DNA from: an uncultured Clostridia bacterium
GTDB taxonomy: Bacteria; Bacillota; Clostridia; Christensenellales; UBA1242
Length of the DNA stretch: 64,000 bases
NCBI GenBank assembly: GCA_944383405.1
Contig: CALWPL010000002.1
Coordinates: 2,990 to 66,989, forward strand
Direction: 5' to 3'
Shown one piece after another: positions 7,843-18,300 of the stretch. Every line of letters starts with the position of its first letter. Position 1 is the stretch's first letter. Under the pieces are notes generated by a model that worked only from the letters and a program-made list of their open reading frames with translations, did no database searches and was not told the origin of the DNA. Made by a program: the position numbers and the translations under genes.

Positions 7843-9309
7843 ATGAGTGATGTTGTAAATGTCAATCTAAAAGAAGATGACAGTGTGCAAAAAGTTATTG
7901 AGCAGACAGCGCAAAAGTTACAGAATAAGTACAAAAAGAAAAGAAATGTTAACGAGTCTTTACTTTATAAGAAAACAAAATGGTATAGAGCATTATCTAT
8001 TACCTTAAATGTCCTATGTTTAATTGTGGTTATTTTATCTGCAATGATTTTTTTTAGCATAATAAATTGTAAGGCTCAAAATGTAGCCCCTTCATTTGCT
8101 GGATTTAGTTCAATGAAGATTGCTAGCGGTAGTATGAGAGAAAGTGGTTTTGAAGTGGGAGATGTTGTTGTTGCAAGATCTGTTGATACTAAGACATTAA
8201 AGGCTGGCGACATTATAGCATACTACCATTATTCTGTTAGTGAAAATGAGTTTACAACTGATGGGCTTATTAACATTACTGAGCAAAGTAAAGGATTTAA
8301 TACTAAATATAGTTTAGGTTTTGCAAAATTTTTTGGAGTACAACCAGCAGAAATTCAAGAGGCCGCACATGCGGGAAGTTCAATTATATTTCATGAAATA
8401 ATTAATGTTTATGAAGCAGCAGATGGGACAAGGTGGTTCCAAACAAAGGGCTCATCAAATCTAAATGCTGACGCATGGTATGTATCAGAAGAAATGGTAG
8501 TTGGGGTATACTCTAATTCAGGTTTTGCAAATATGTTTGGTAGTATTATTGGAGCATTTTCTTCAAGTGCTGCATCAGTATTTATAATACTTATTCCACT
8601 TTTGATTATGGGCGTACTTATCATGCTTGAATTTTTAAGAGATATTCAAATACTTAAACTTCAACTTGATGTTATTGAAGAAAAGAGAAAGATTACAGAT
8701 CCAATATGCGTTAAGAACGAAGTTGGTTATCACATGGATTTGAAGTCAAAATATAAAGTACTCGCTCAGGCTGATGACAAAGATAAGAATGAATATATTG
8801 CGCTTCTTTGGAAAGATGGAACAGTGCCACAAAACATTAGAAAGTATTGTTTAAGAAAGAAAATGTATTTAAAGCCTGTTGAAAAATTGCTTGAAATAAA
8901 CAGAGTTTGTGAAGAAAAAATTAAGAAAGGAGAAGATCCTTTACTTGTCGCAGAATATTACATAAAAGAGAAAGAAAAATTACAGAAAGATCAACTTGAA
9001 TATGAAAGACAATTTAGGTCTTGGATGAAGGTAGATAAAGAGGATAGTAAGAAGCTTAAAGCACAGGAAAAACAGGCAAGGAAGGAAGCAAAAGAACAAG
9101 AAAAGGAAATAGCAAATAAAGAGGTAAAGGCAGAGCCTGTGCAAACTAGTGAGACAAAAGCTTTCCCAGAAGAAGTTGTAAAAGCAGAAGAACAAAAGAA
9201 AGTTGAAATAAAAGGCAATTCTGCAAATGATATTAAAGAAGAAAATAATATCAAACAGGAAAAAAAGCCAAAGACAACTAAAAAGAGAACTAAAAAGGTT
9301 GATGAATAG
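7843..9309 (+). CDS. sipW: SipW-type (S26B, ER/archaeal-type) signal peptidase I with ~45-aa insertion and ~220-aa Lys/Glu-rich C-terminal extension
   Basis: The core aligns by eye to B. subtilis SipW: ASGSMRESGFEVGDVVVA...LKAGDIIAY (Ser box), IIFHEIINV (His box), WFQTKGSSNLNADAWYVSEEMVVGVY, then a second TM (SVFIILIPLLIMGVLIMLEF). It is the last gene of the TasA-like operon. Confidence 0.7.
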   Translation: MSDVVNVNLKEDDSVQKVIEQTAQKLQNKYKKKRNVNESLLYKKTKWYRALSITLNVLCLIVVILSAMIFFSIINCKAQNVAPSFAGFSSMKIASGSMRESGFEVGDVVVARSVDTKTLKAGDIIAYYHYSVSENEFTTDGLINITEQSKGFNTKYSLGFAKFFGVQPAEIQEAAHAGSSIIFHEIINVYEAADGTRWFQTKGSSNLNADAWYVSEEMVVGVYSNSGFANMFGSIIGAFSSSAASVFIILIPLLIMGVLIMLEFLRDIQILKLQLDVIEEKRKITDPICVKNEVGYHMDLKSKYKVLAQADDKDKNEYIALLWKDGTVPQNIRKYCLRKKMYLKPVEKLLEINRVCEEKIKKGEDPLLVAEYYIKEKEKLQKDQLEYERQFRSWMKVDKEDSKKLKAQEKQARKEAKEQEKEIANKEVKAEPVQTSETKAFPEEVVKAEEQKKVEIKGNSANDIKEENNIKQEKKPKTTKKRTKKVDE

Positions 9310-9315
9310 TAATAA

Positions 9316-9346
9316 AAAAGGGGTTATATAGATAACTCCTTTTTTA
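9316..9346 (+). terminator. Rho-independent terminator of the TasA-like/sipW operon
   Basis: aggggttat / ataactcct stem (9 bp, one G-U pair), atag loop, then T6. Confidence 0.75.
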
Positions 9347-9699
9347 TTACTAACATTTCAATTAAAATTACTTTATTTTATGCTTGGCTTAACTTCTTAT
9401 TATGAAAACCAATTATTAAACAAATAATCTACCGCATTTGAGAAAAAGTATTTTAATAGTTTTTATAACGAGCCTCAGTTTGGTGAAATTTTGTTTTAAG
9501 ATATATGAAAATAATAAGCTTGTAGTAGTCCTTAGAATTTAGTTTAGTCTACTAAAATTAAATTCAAATTAAAATTTGTTAAAATTTACTAAGTGCAGTA
9601 TTTTAAATTTATTTTAAAAATTTATAATTATTTTTAAGAATGTGTATATGGCATAATCTATATAGTCTTATTATCTTAATATAGATTTTTAATTAGATA

Positions 9700-10425
9700 T
9701 TAATCTCTATGCATATTAACAACAAGAATAAATCTAAGAAAGTTTAAAATTGATACTAGAAGGGCAGCAACATAGGTTAGGGCTGCGGCATTTAAAACTT
9801 TTTTTGTATCTTTCAATTCATCTTCTGTTAAAATGTTTGTTGTAGATAAAATATTTAAGGCTCTTTTTGAAGCATTATATTCAACGGGTAGTGTTGCTAA
9901 GTTAAATAGAACAGCAATTCCAAAAAATCCTATGCCGCACCACAAGAAAATATCTCCGACAATGCTACCTGGCATTGCAGCAAAGTTAAAAATTAAGCCT
10001 ATAATTACAAGTGGCCAAAGGAGAGTTGAAGCAATATTTGTAATTGGAACTAGAATACTCCTTATTTGATAAGGGAAATAGTTTTCCTTTTTTTGAAGAG
10101 CATGTCCAAATTCATGACAAGCAATACCAAGGGCTGCTATTGATGACGAAGAGTAAACATCATAAGACAGGCAAATTTCTTCTTTCTTTGGGTCATAGTG
10201 GTCGGTTAAGTTGCCGGATATTTGCTTAACTGAGATATGCCCTAAATCGGTGGTTACAAGAAGTCGTTTAATTAAATCTCCTGCTGTTTCGCCTGATAGG
10301 GACAAGACTTCACGATATTTATTATAGGTTGATGAAACTTTACTTTGTGCATACAAAGCAAATAGAATTCCAGGGATTAGTATTATTCCCATTATATAAT
10401 ATTCAAAATACATATTTTTCTCCAA
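9700..10425 (-). CDS. Membrane zinc metallopeptidase (Zn_peptidase_2 / YpfJ-like family)
   Basis: HEFGHALQ HExxH motif, an N-terminal TM and C-terminal TM segments. The 241-aa architecture is typical of the putative neutral zinc metallopeptidase family. Confidence 0.75.
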   Translation of the reverse strand: MEKNMYFEYYIMGIILIPGILFALYAQSKVSSTYNKYREVLSLSGETAGDLIKRLLVTTDLGHISVKQISGNLTDHYDPKKEEICLSYDVYSSSSIAALGIACHEFGHALQKKENYFPYQIRSILVPITNIASTLLWPLVIIGLIFNFAAMPGSIVGDIFLWCGIGFFGIAVLFNLATLPVEYNASKRALNILSTTNILTEDELKDTKKVLNAAALTYVAALLVSILNFLRFILVVNMHRD

Positions 10426-10566
10426 AAATTAAATTAATATTTAAGATTATTTATTTTAGGTTATGTTTATAAAAGAATAAGAATATAATAATTATTTTTA
10501 GAATTAGATAAGCATAACCATATTTTATTATAAATCAAAAGGGCTTAATTTATCAAATGAAAGATA

Positions 10567-11553
10567 TTAAATTTCTAATATATTTGAGATTTTATTATGA
10601 TTTAGTTCAACTAGATAAATTTTGGCAATACTTTTATTGTTATCTTTATATATTAGTGCAATTTCATTTATTTTAGCGTCTTTAAGTAAAGATTGAGTTA
10701 TGAAATTAAATTTGCCAAAGAATTTTTCAAGGTGCAAATCTGTTAATTTTTTAGACAATTCGTCTGTTAGGTACTCTCGTGCAAGGTCATAGTTTTGAGA
10801 TTTTACGGCATCAAAAAAAGCGTAGGGAACAAGTTCGATTTTACTTACTATATTTGGAGTATTATTTGCATAGACAAGGCTAGTTGTAACTATGTGTTCG
10901 CTATTAAAGTTATATTCTTTTGTAATGCCGTGTTTTGCAATATCATTTAATTTTTTGTAGGTTAGAATCTTATCCGTTTGTTTTTCAAGAATGTCAACTT
11001 CTTCAAGTGTTTTTATTTTATATTTGTTATTTTTATATTCTATTAAAGAAGTTACATAGGTGTTAGTATTTGTTTTTGCATAGATAAAAAGTTTATTTGA
11101 AGAAATTTTTGTATTTAGGTCAACAATGATTTTATTATACGACAGGTCTATTGAATTTTGTTCATTTTCTATTCTTATTTTGAAGGGGTCATTTTTACAC
11201 CAATATAAAGTATGGAGAGTATTTGCAAAGTTAAGAGATTTTGATTTTATACTTAAAGAGTTTGTTAAAAATGAAGTAAAGGGGTTTACAAGGAGTAACA
11301 GGGTATCAGATGAAAAAGATACAAGTTCAATGTTATGAAAATTATTTGTTAAAACTTGCTCTTTAAGTCTAATTGAAGTTGAAAAAGGTAACAAATTTTG
11401 ATTATCTTCAAGCGGATAAAAAGATAGAGTTAAGATATTTTCGTTTTGTTGTACGAGAAAAGAGTTTATTCTATTTTTTTTCAATTCAATAGACAAATCA
11501 TCTGCTTTGAGTAGACAGTCAAAAGATGGTTTAATGTGAATGTAATAATCCAT
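10567..11553 (-). CDS. Hypothetical protein (328 aa, no signal peptide or TM evident)
   Basis: Long uninterrupted ORF in AT-rich DNA. No motif recognised. Confidence 0.5.
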   Translation of the reverse strand: MDYYIHIKPSFDCLLKADDLSIELKKNRINSFLVQQNENILTLSFYPLEDNQNLLPFSTSIRLKEQVLTNNFHNIELVSFSSDTLLLLVNPFTSFLTNSLSIKSKSLNFANTLHTLYWCKNDPFKIRIENEQNSIDLSYNKIIVDLNTKISSNKLFIYAKTNTNTYVTSLIEYKNNKYKIKTLEEVDILEKQTDKILTYKKLNDIAKHGITKEYNFNSEHIVTTSLVYANNTPNIVSKIELVPYAFFDAVKSQNYDLAREYLTDELSKKLTDLHLEKFFGKFNFITQSLLKDAKINEIALIYKDNNKSIAKIYLVELNHNKISNILEI

Positions 11554-11660
11554 TGTAAATCCTTTTTATTATTTTTACTATAAAAGTAAAAAAAATATGA
11601 GAGATAGTTGTGTTTAAAAGATAAGGAAATGGTAATAATTTTTTATAACAAGGGGGGAGT

Positions 11661-11996
11661 ATGGACAAGGAAAAAGTTATTAATTTTTCAAAAGAAAGTC
11701 AAAAATTTAAAAAGAAAAGGATTAAGGAAGATGAGATAAATTCTTTATTTTTAGGACTTCTTAAGATAGTAAAGAAATGGGCTATTCAAGAAATTGACTT
11801 TGAGTTGCGTTCTGAATGTGAAGAGGCAAGGAGTAATTTTACAGAGACACTTAAAGAATTGCATGAGACTCAAATAAGTTTAAAGCGTGAAAAGGTAGAA
11901 AATTATAAGTTACATGAAAAAATTGAGAGGCAGCAAAAACAAATTTGTTTACTTATAAGTCAACTTGGGGAGGCTTGTGGAAAAGTTTTAGTCTGA
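11661..11996 (+). CDS. Hypothetical coiled-coil protein (111 aa)
   Basis: Strong RBS (AAGGGGGGAG) 3 nt upstream. Charged heptad-like sequence, with no motif recognised. Confidence 0.5.
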   Translation: MDKEKVINFSKESQKFKKKRIKEDEINSLFLGLLKIVKKWAIQEIDFELRSECEEARSNFTETLKELHETQISLKREKVENYKLHEKIERQQKQICLLISQLGEACGKVLV

Positions 11997-12102
11997 AAAA
12001 TAAAAAGGTTGATTTATTTTTTATATAGAAAAAGGGGGCTATGAATTTTAAAATTATTATATAAATGTTTGAAAAAAAGCAAAAATTTGATATTATATTG
12101 TT

Positions 12103-15100
12103 ATGAAAAATGTTTTTTTAGGAAAGACGAATTATGATTGTTTAAAGGCACTACTTGACAAATTAAAATCAAATTTGAGTTTAGACACCAGGCATATTTT
12201 TATCGTGCCAGATAGAATGTCTGTATTGTGTGAAAAGAGAATATTTGAAGATTTAAACATAGAAAGCACTTGTAATATTGAAGTTTTAACTTTATCAAGG
12301 TTAGCAAGCCGTGTGTTGAAAAATGTTAGCATTATAAGCAAATTATCTAGTTGTATGATTTTACAAAAGATAATAAGGGAAAAGAAAGACGAATTAAAGT
12401 GTTTTAATAAAAATATTGATTCCGATTTGGCGGAAACTTTATATGGAACAATTAGTCAATTTAAAAGTTGCAAGGTTTCTTTTAATGATGTCTCTGTTAG
12501 AACCGAAAATAAGATTTTACAAGATAAATTAAGTGATATTGCCTTGCTTTATAAGGCGTATCAGGATGAGTTAAATAAAAAAGCACTTGTTGATGGGTTA
12601 GATAGGCTAAATTTTTTAGGAGATAAAATAGAAAGTAGCGAGTATATAAAAAATGCAATTATTTATATCGGCTACTTTGATAGTTTTACATATCAAGGTT
12701 ATGATATAATTTCTCATATTGCTAATGCTTGCCAAGAATTTAATATAGGAATTGCATTTTCAGACGCACTAAACGAGCATATTTACAATAAGAAATACCT
12801 TGAAAATGTTTTAAAGTTTATAAAAAATCCAAATATTATAGTTTGCAAAGAAAATTTAGATGGTCAATTCAAGTTTTTACAGGACAATCTTTTTTGCTTT
12901 TCGCCTTCACAAATGAAGTTAACTAAGAGTGATATTGTGTTATTTGAAGGAAGTTCTTTTGAAGAGGAACTTTATTTTGCAGCGTCAACTATTAGGCAAA
13001 TGATAATGCAAGAAGGATATTCATTTAATGATTTTAATATTGCTATGCCTAATTTAAAAGACAAAAAGGAACTGATAGAAAAAGTTTTTGATAAGTACGA
13101 TTTTAATTATTTTTTGGATATACAAGAAGACTTTAGTAAAAGCATACTTGTAAGATTTTTAAATCAGGCGCATGACCTTATTCAAGAAAATTTTAGTGTA
13201 AAAAGTATTTTGGCATTTATTAAAAATAGGTTAACTGGTTTTGAAGATGAGTATATATATGATTTTGAAGACTATATATTAAAATATACTATTGACGACT
13301 TATACGAATTGCAAGCAAGCAATATAATAAATAGTGAGTTTTTTGAAAAGTTTAGTGTAGTAAGGGAGCGTTTATTTAAGTATACAAATAATTTTCGAGA
13401 AAAGATAAAGGAATCAAAGACTTTTAATGATTATATTGATGCTTTTAAGATTTTGCTTGAAGACTTTGACATAGAAAATAAAATAAATGATTTAATAAAA
13501 AAATTTGCAAGTCAAAATAAACTTAGGCAAGTTAAGTTGTTTGAACAATACTTTGATAGTTTAAGTGAATTGTTTGACAATTTAGGAAATATTTTAGGGC
13601 AAGAAGAATGTGATTTAAAAACTTTTTTTATAACACTTTCAACTGGTATTAATTCTTGTCAAATATCAACAACTCCGCTTTCTATTGATGCTATATTTAT
13701 TGGAGACACGAGTGTTAGTTTTTATGAAAAAAGAAAGATTTTATTTATTTTAGATGCTAATGAAGGAAATTTTCCAAAGGTTACTATTGATTGTGGGCTT
13801 ATTTCTGACGAGGACATATCAGAACTTAGTGATAAATATAAGTTAGAGCCAAGTATTTATGAAATTAATAAAAAAGAAAGATTTAGGGCATATGAATTGA
13901 CATTGAATCCAACTAAAAAACTGTTTTTAAGTTATAACTTTGAAGGCAAAGAAAAGAGTAAAATATATGAGGACATATCTCTTATGTTTTCAGTTCAGAA
14001 TAAAAGTAAATTTGACACATTAAAACCTTTGAAGTTTAAAGACATTGATTATAATATAAAGAACAATACATACAAAGTGGCAAAAAGCAATTTGATAGCA
14101 GATATTAGGTCTATTCTTGATGGGCAAAAGATAGAAAAGACCCAAGTTGATTTGCTGTATTATTCGCTTAAAAAAAGATTAAGCAAGAATTTTTTTGAGT
14201 TATTTAATTATAAAAATAAACTAAAAATAGAAAACGATATATATTTTTTGAAGAACAAAACAAGTATATCTCAAATTGAGAGTTTTATGACTTGCCCTTT
14301 TTTACATTTTGCAAGGTATGGATTAAAACTTAGAGAAAAAGATGAAAGTGATTTTGACAGGCTGAATATAGGAAATATAATGCATGAACTTGCGTATAAA
14401 TTGCTTTCATTAAATAAATTGCCATTAGAAAAACAGGAGATAGAAAGTAAAGCAAAAAAAATTTTTGACTTGATTATAGATGATGAAAAATATGAGGGAA
14501 TTAAACTTAATGCTCAAAATAAGATTTTAATTAAAAATTTAAGGCAGGAAAGTGTGCGTTTTGCATTTGCTCTTAATGAACAGGCAAAGCATGTAAAATT
14601 TGTTCCAACTTATTTTGAATTTAGATTTGACGATAATAGCAAGATAAAGTCATTAAAAATAAAGACAAAAAAAGGCTTAATTTCACTTGTAGGGCAAATT
14701 GACAGGATTGATATTTTCAAAGATTATTTTAGAGTAATAGACTATAAGACTGGGAAAACAGATACAACACTCAAAGAACTATTTTTTGGTAAGAAAATAC
14801 AACTTGAAGCATATTTAAAAGTTGTTGAAAATTCATTGCATCTAAAGCCAGCAGGGGCGTACTATTTACCTATAAAGGGAAGTTTTTCAGATAGTGAAAG
14901 CGGAGAATTTAAAAAGTATGGGCTAAAGGGTAGAACTTTAAATGATGATGAAGTGATAAACGCTAGTGATGATAGGTTTGAAAATGGAGAAAAAAAGAGC
15001 GATATAGTTGTTGATATTAAGTTTTCAAAAAACGAAGGGGATGAAAGAAATCATTATAATTATTCAAAGGTTGTTGATGGAAAAGTAATTTGTGCTCTTA

Positions 15101-15312
15101 GTGATTATGCGCTAAACCTTATTCAAAAAGCATGTTTTGATATTGAGTCTCTTGATATTACACCTTGCCCACTTGTAATCAATAGCGATGACCCATGTAA
15201 AATGTGTAGGTTTTCTGCACTTTGTAAGTTTGATAGTAGTTTTGGAAATATTAAGCGAACTCCGATAAAGAAGATTGATTATAAAGATTTTATAAAGGAG
15301 AATGACAAGTGA
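12103..15312 (+). CDS. addB: ATP-dependent helicase/nuclease AddAB, subunit B
   Basis: 1069 aa directly upstream of and overlapping addA. C-terminal PD-(D/E)xK nuclease (GQIDRIDIF...VIDYKTGK) and 4-Cys Fe-S pattern (MTCPF...ITPCP...PCKMCRFSALC). The N-terminal Walker A is degenerate (MKNVFLGKTNY), and an in-frame TGA 15 nt upstream prevents extension. Confidence 0.88.
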   Translation: MKNVFLGKTNYDCLKALLDKLKSNLSLDTRHIFIVPDRMSVLCEKRIFEDLNIESTCNIEVLTLSRLASRVLKNVSIISKLSSCMILQKIIREKKDELKCFNKNIDSDLAETLYGTISQFKSCKVSFNDVSVRTENKILQDKLSDIALLYKAYQDELNKKALVDGLDRLNFLGDKIESSEYIKNAIIYIGYFDSFTYQGYDIISHIANACQEFNIGIAFSDALNEHIYNKKYLENVLKFIKNPNIIVCKENLDGQFKFLQDNLFCFSPSQMKLTKSDIVLFEGSSFEEELYFAASTIRQMIMQEGYSFNDFNIAMPNLKDKKELIEKVFDKYDFNYFLDIQEDFSKSILVRFLNQAHDLIQENFSVKSILAFIKNRLTGFEDEYIYDFEDYILKYTIDDLYELQASNIINSEFFEKFSVVRERLFKYTNNFREKIKESKTFNDYIDAFKILLEDFDIENKINDLIKKFASQNKLRQVKLFEQYFDSLSELFDNLGNILGQEECDLKTFFITLSTGINSCQISTTPLSIDAIFIGDTSVSFYEKRKILFILDANEGNFPKVTIDCGLISDEDISELSDKYKLEPSIYEINKKERFRAYELTLNPTKKLFLSYNFEGKEKSKIYEDISLMFSVQNKSKFDTLKPLKFKDIDYNIKNNTYKVAKSNLIADIRSILDGQKIEKTQVDLLYYSLKKRLSKNFFELFNYKNKLKIENDIYFLKNKTSISQIESFMTCPFLHFARYGLKLREKDESDFDRLNIGNIMHELAYKLLSLNKLPLEKQEIESKAKKIFDLIIDDEKYEGIKLNAQNKILIKNLRQESVRFAFALNEQAKHVKFVPTYFEFRFDDNSKIKSLKIKTKKGLISLVGQIDRIDIFKDYFRVIDYKTGKTDTTLKELFFGKKIQLEAYLKVVENSLHLKPAGAYYLPIKGSFSDSESGEFKKYGLKGRTLNDDEVINASDDRFENGEKKSDIVVDIKFSKNEGDERNHYNYSKVVDGKVICALSDYALNLIQKACFDIESLDITPCPLVINSDDPCKMCRFSALCKFDSSFGNIKRTPIKKIDYKDFIKENDK

Positions 15313-18300
15313 ACTTTACAGTTGACCAATCAAAAGTTTTAGAAGATAAAAGTAAAAACTTATTAGTTTCTGCTTCTGCTGGTAGCGGTAAAACTGCAAC
15401 GATTATTGAAAAAATCTATAAACTTGTTGAAAAAGAGCATATAGATGTTCAAAAAATGCTTGTTATAACTTTTACAGAAGCTGCCAGTAATGAAACAAAG
15501 ATTAGGCTTAGAGATAGATTGAGAGAAGGGGTCAAGTCGGATAGAACTTTACAAACACAACTTGAAAAACTACCGCTTGCAGATATTAGCACTCTTCATA
15601 GTTATTGCTCAAAAATGCTCAGAAAGTATTTTTACTATCTTGACTTAAAACCTAATTTTGCAGTGTTAGATGAAGGGGATAGTAAGTTTTTAAAATTTCA
15701 GGCTCTTGAAAAAATTTTAAAAGACTATTCAAAAAAAGATGACGAAGAATTTGTTTTGCTTTCTTCAATTTTTGATGCGGGGAGAGGTTTTGACTCTTTA
15801 AAGCGTAATATTTTATCGGTATTTGAATTTTTAAGTGGAGTTGAAGATAGGGAAGTTTTTAAAAATGAAATCAGCCTTTCATGCTATGAAAAGGATTTGA
15901 ATAAGAATGTTGCTTGCAAGTATTTAAATAATTATATTATTATTAATTTTAATTTTCTTTTAAGAGAGTTGAATAGTTATTTAGATATAGCAATATCTTC
16001 AAATGCTGAATTTTTTAGTGATTTTTTAAAGCAAATTATTATTTCATTTCAAAATGTTAATAAAAATAAAAACTTTATTTACAACCAAAATATTGTTAGG
16101 AATATAGTTTTGCCAAGACTTACAAATAAGAAACTTAGTCAAGAAGATGAAGATTTTAAAAATGACTTTATGCCATTTTGGAATATTTTAAAGGATAGGC
16201 TGACTGATATAAAAAAAGTTATATTGAATAAAGATGAGGACGAGATAAAACAGGATTTAGAGATAGCCAAAAAATTCCTTATTAAGTTTCAAGAAGTGGA
16301 AGAAAAGTTTGAAGACCAATATATTAAGTTGAAGAACAAGAGAAATGGGCTTGATTTCAATGACCTTGAAAAATTCTTTTTAAAATTACTTGAAGTTGAA
16401 GAAGTTAAAAATGGAATTAACTATGATTATATTTTTGTTGACGAATATCAAGATATAAACTGTGTTCAAGAAAAAATTTTAAAGCAACTTTCTTTACATT
16501 CAAAGATGGTAATGGTAGGAGATGTAAAGCAGAGTATTTACGCATTTAGGAATAGCACGCCTGAGATATTTGTTAAAAAGGCTAAAAGTTTTAGGGCTCA
16601 AAAAGAAAATGGCAAAGTAATTGACTTGAATGAAAATTTTAGAAGCAATAAGATAATTCTTGAATTTGTCAATCAAATTTTCAAAACTTGTATGAGTGAT
16701 GAGTTCGGTGGAGTTGACTATTTAGAAAAGGGTATGCTTAAAAGTCAAGTCGAGTATAAAAAATGCTCTAATATTCCTGTTGTTGAAGTAGATATTGTTG
16801 ACAATGAAAAAGAAGAAAAAGAGAGTGAAGATTTTGGCGATGTTTATAGTATTAGCCAAGATAAAAATGAATATGCTTATCACCCAACTGAAAGTAGAAA
16901 GGAAGCGATGATTGTTGCAAGGAAAATTCTTGATATAATAGGTAAAGAGTATTATGACATAAAGAGTAAGACAACTAAAAAAATTGAATTTTCAGACATT
17001 TCAATTCTTTGCAGGAAAAATGACTTTTTAAAAGATGTTGCAAAAGTACTTGAAGAGTATAAAGTACCAATAGAAACTAATTTGCTTGACAATATTTACA
17101 AAAATAATGATGTAGCACTACTTCTTTCTTTGTTAAAGGTTGTAGACAACTTTCATGATGACAATGCTCTTAGTGTTGTTATGGTAAGTCCATTTTATAA
17201 TTTTACATTTGACGAATTGGCTACAATTAGACGAGAATATAATGATGAGACATTTTTTTATAATAGTGTAAAGAATTATTCTAAGAATAAAAAGGATAAA
17301 ATTTCTTTAAAAATTGATTTTTTAATAAATAGTATAGCAAGCATTAAAGAGAATTTAACATATAAATCTATTTATGATGAGTTGACAGATATTTGCGAAG
17401 AATTTGAATATTTTGATTTTTTACAATCTCTTCCTGATGGCAGCAATAGAGTGAAGGTTGTTAAAGATTTTATAAAATCATTTATTAATGCAGAGTACAA
17501 CTATGACCTTGTAGGGTTTTTAGATTTTGAAAAAAATTATGCAAGCGATGGTAGTTTCAAGTCAAGTATTACAAGTGGGAATAATAGTGTAAAGATGGGT
17601 ACAATTCATTCAAGCAAAGGACTTGAATATCCAATTGTTTTTTTGGTTGGTTGTGGAAACGCTTTCTCAAATAAGACATTTGTTGAAGACATTTTAAAAG
17701 ATAAAGATTTTGGATTTGGTATTTCAACTTATAATTTAATTACTTTTGAGAAGAAAGAAAACATTGCTAGAAATTGTATAACATTATACAAAAGGAGAAG
17801 TGAAAGGGCAGAAGAACTAAGACTATTATATGTTGCTTTAACACGGGCAAAAAATCACTTATTTGTTATAGGTGGCATAAATTTAGAGAAGTCAATTCAA
17901 GTAGATTCTATTGATTCTTCTCAAGGTGTAAATAATTATATGGCATGGATTTTATCTATGTTAAGCAGAGTTAATTTTAAAAATTTAACTCAAAACAAAG
18001 TGGATTTAGAGCAAAAAATGCAATTTGGAAAAGTTGATTTTAGGGTGTATAAAGATGAAGATTTTGAGTTTGAAAACAAAAATAAAATAAGTTTTTTACC
18101 AAAAAAACAAGATACAAAAGACATTGAAAATTTAAGAAAAACAATAGATTTTGAGATTAAAAAGAAAAAAAATATTGCACTTAAAAATAGTGTTTCAAGT
18201 TTACTACTTGAAAGTTCAAATGATATAGAAAGTTATAACTTTGAGCCAAAACAATTGTCTATTTTTGAAGGCAAAAAGGAAGGTTATAAGGCAAATAAAC

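Noticed and set aside
15309-15312. Alternative genetic code (UGA as a sense codon), considered because of the Mollicutes-like AT-richness.
   Set aside because: TGA terminates addB (15310-15312) and adk (43469-43471) at the expected protein ends. Trp is encoded by TGG throughout the conserved proteins.
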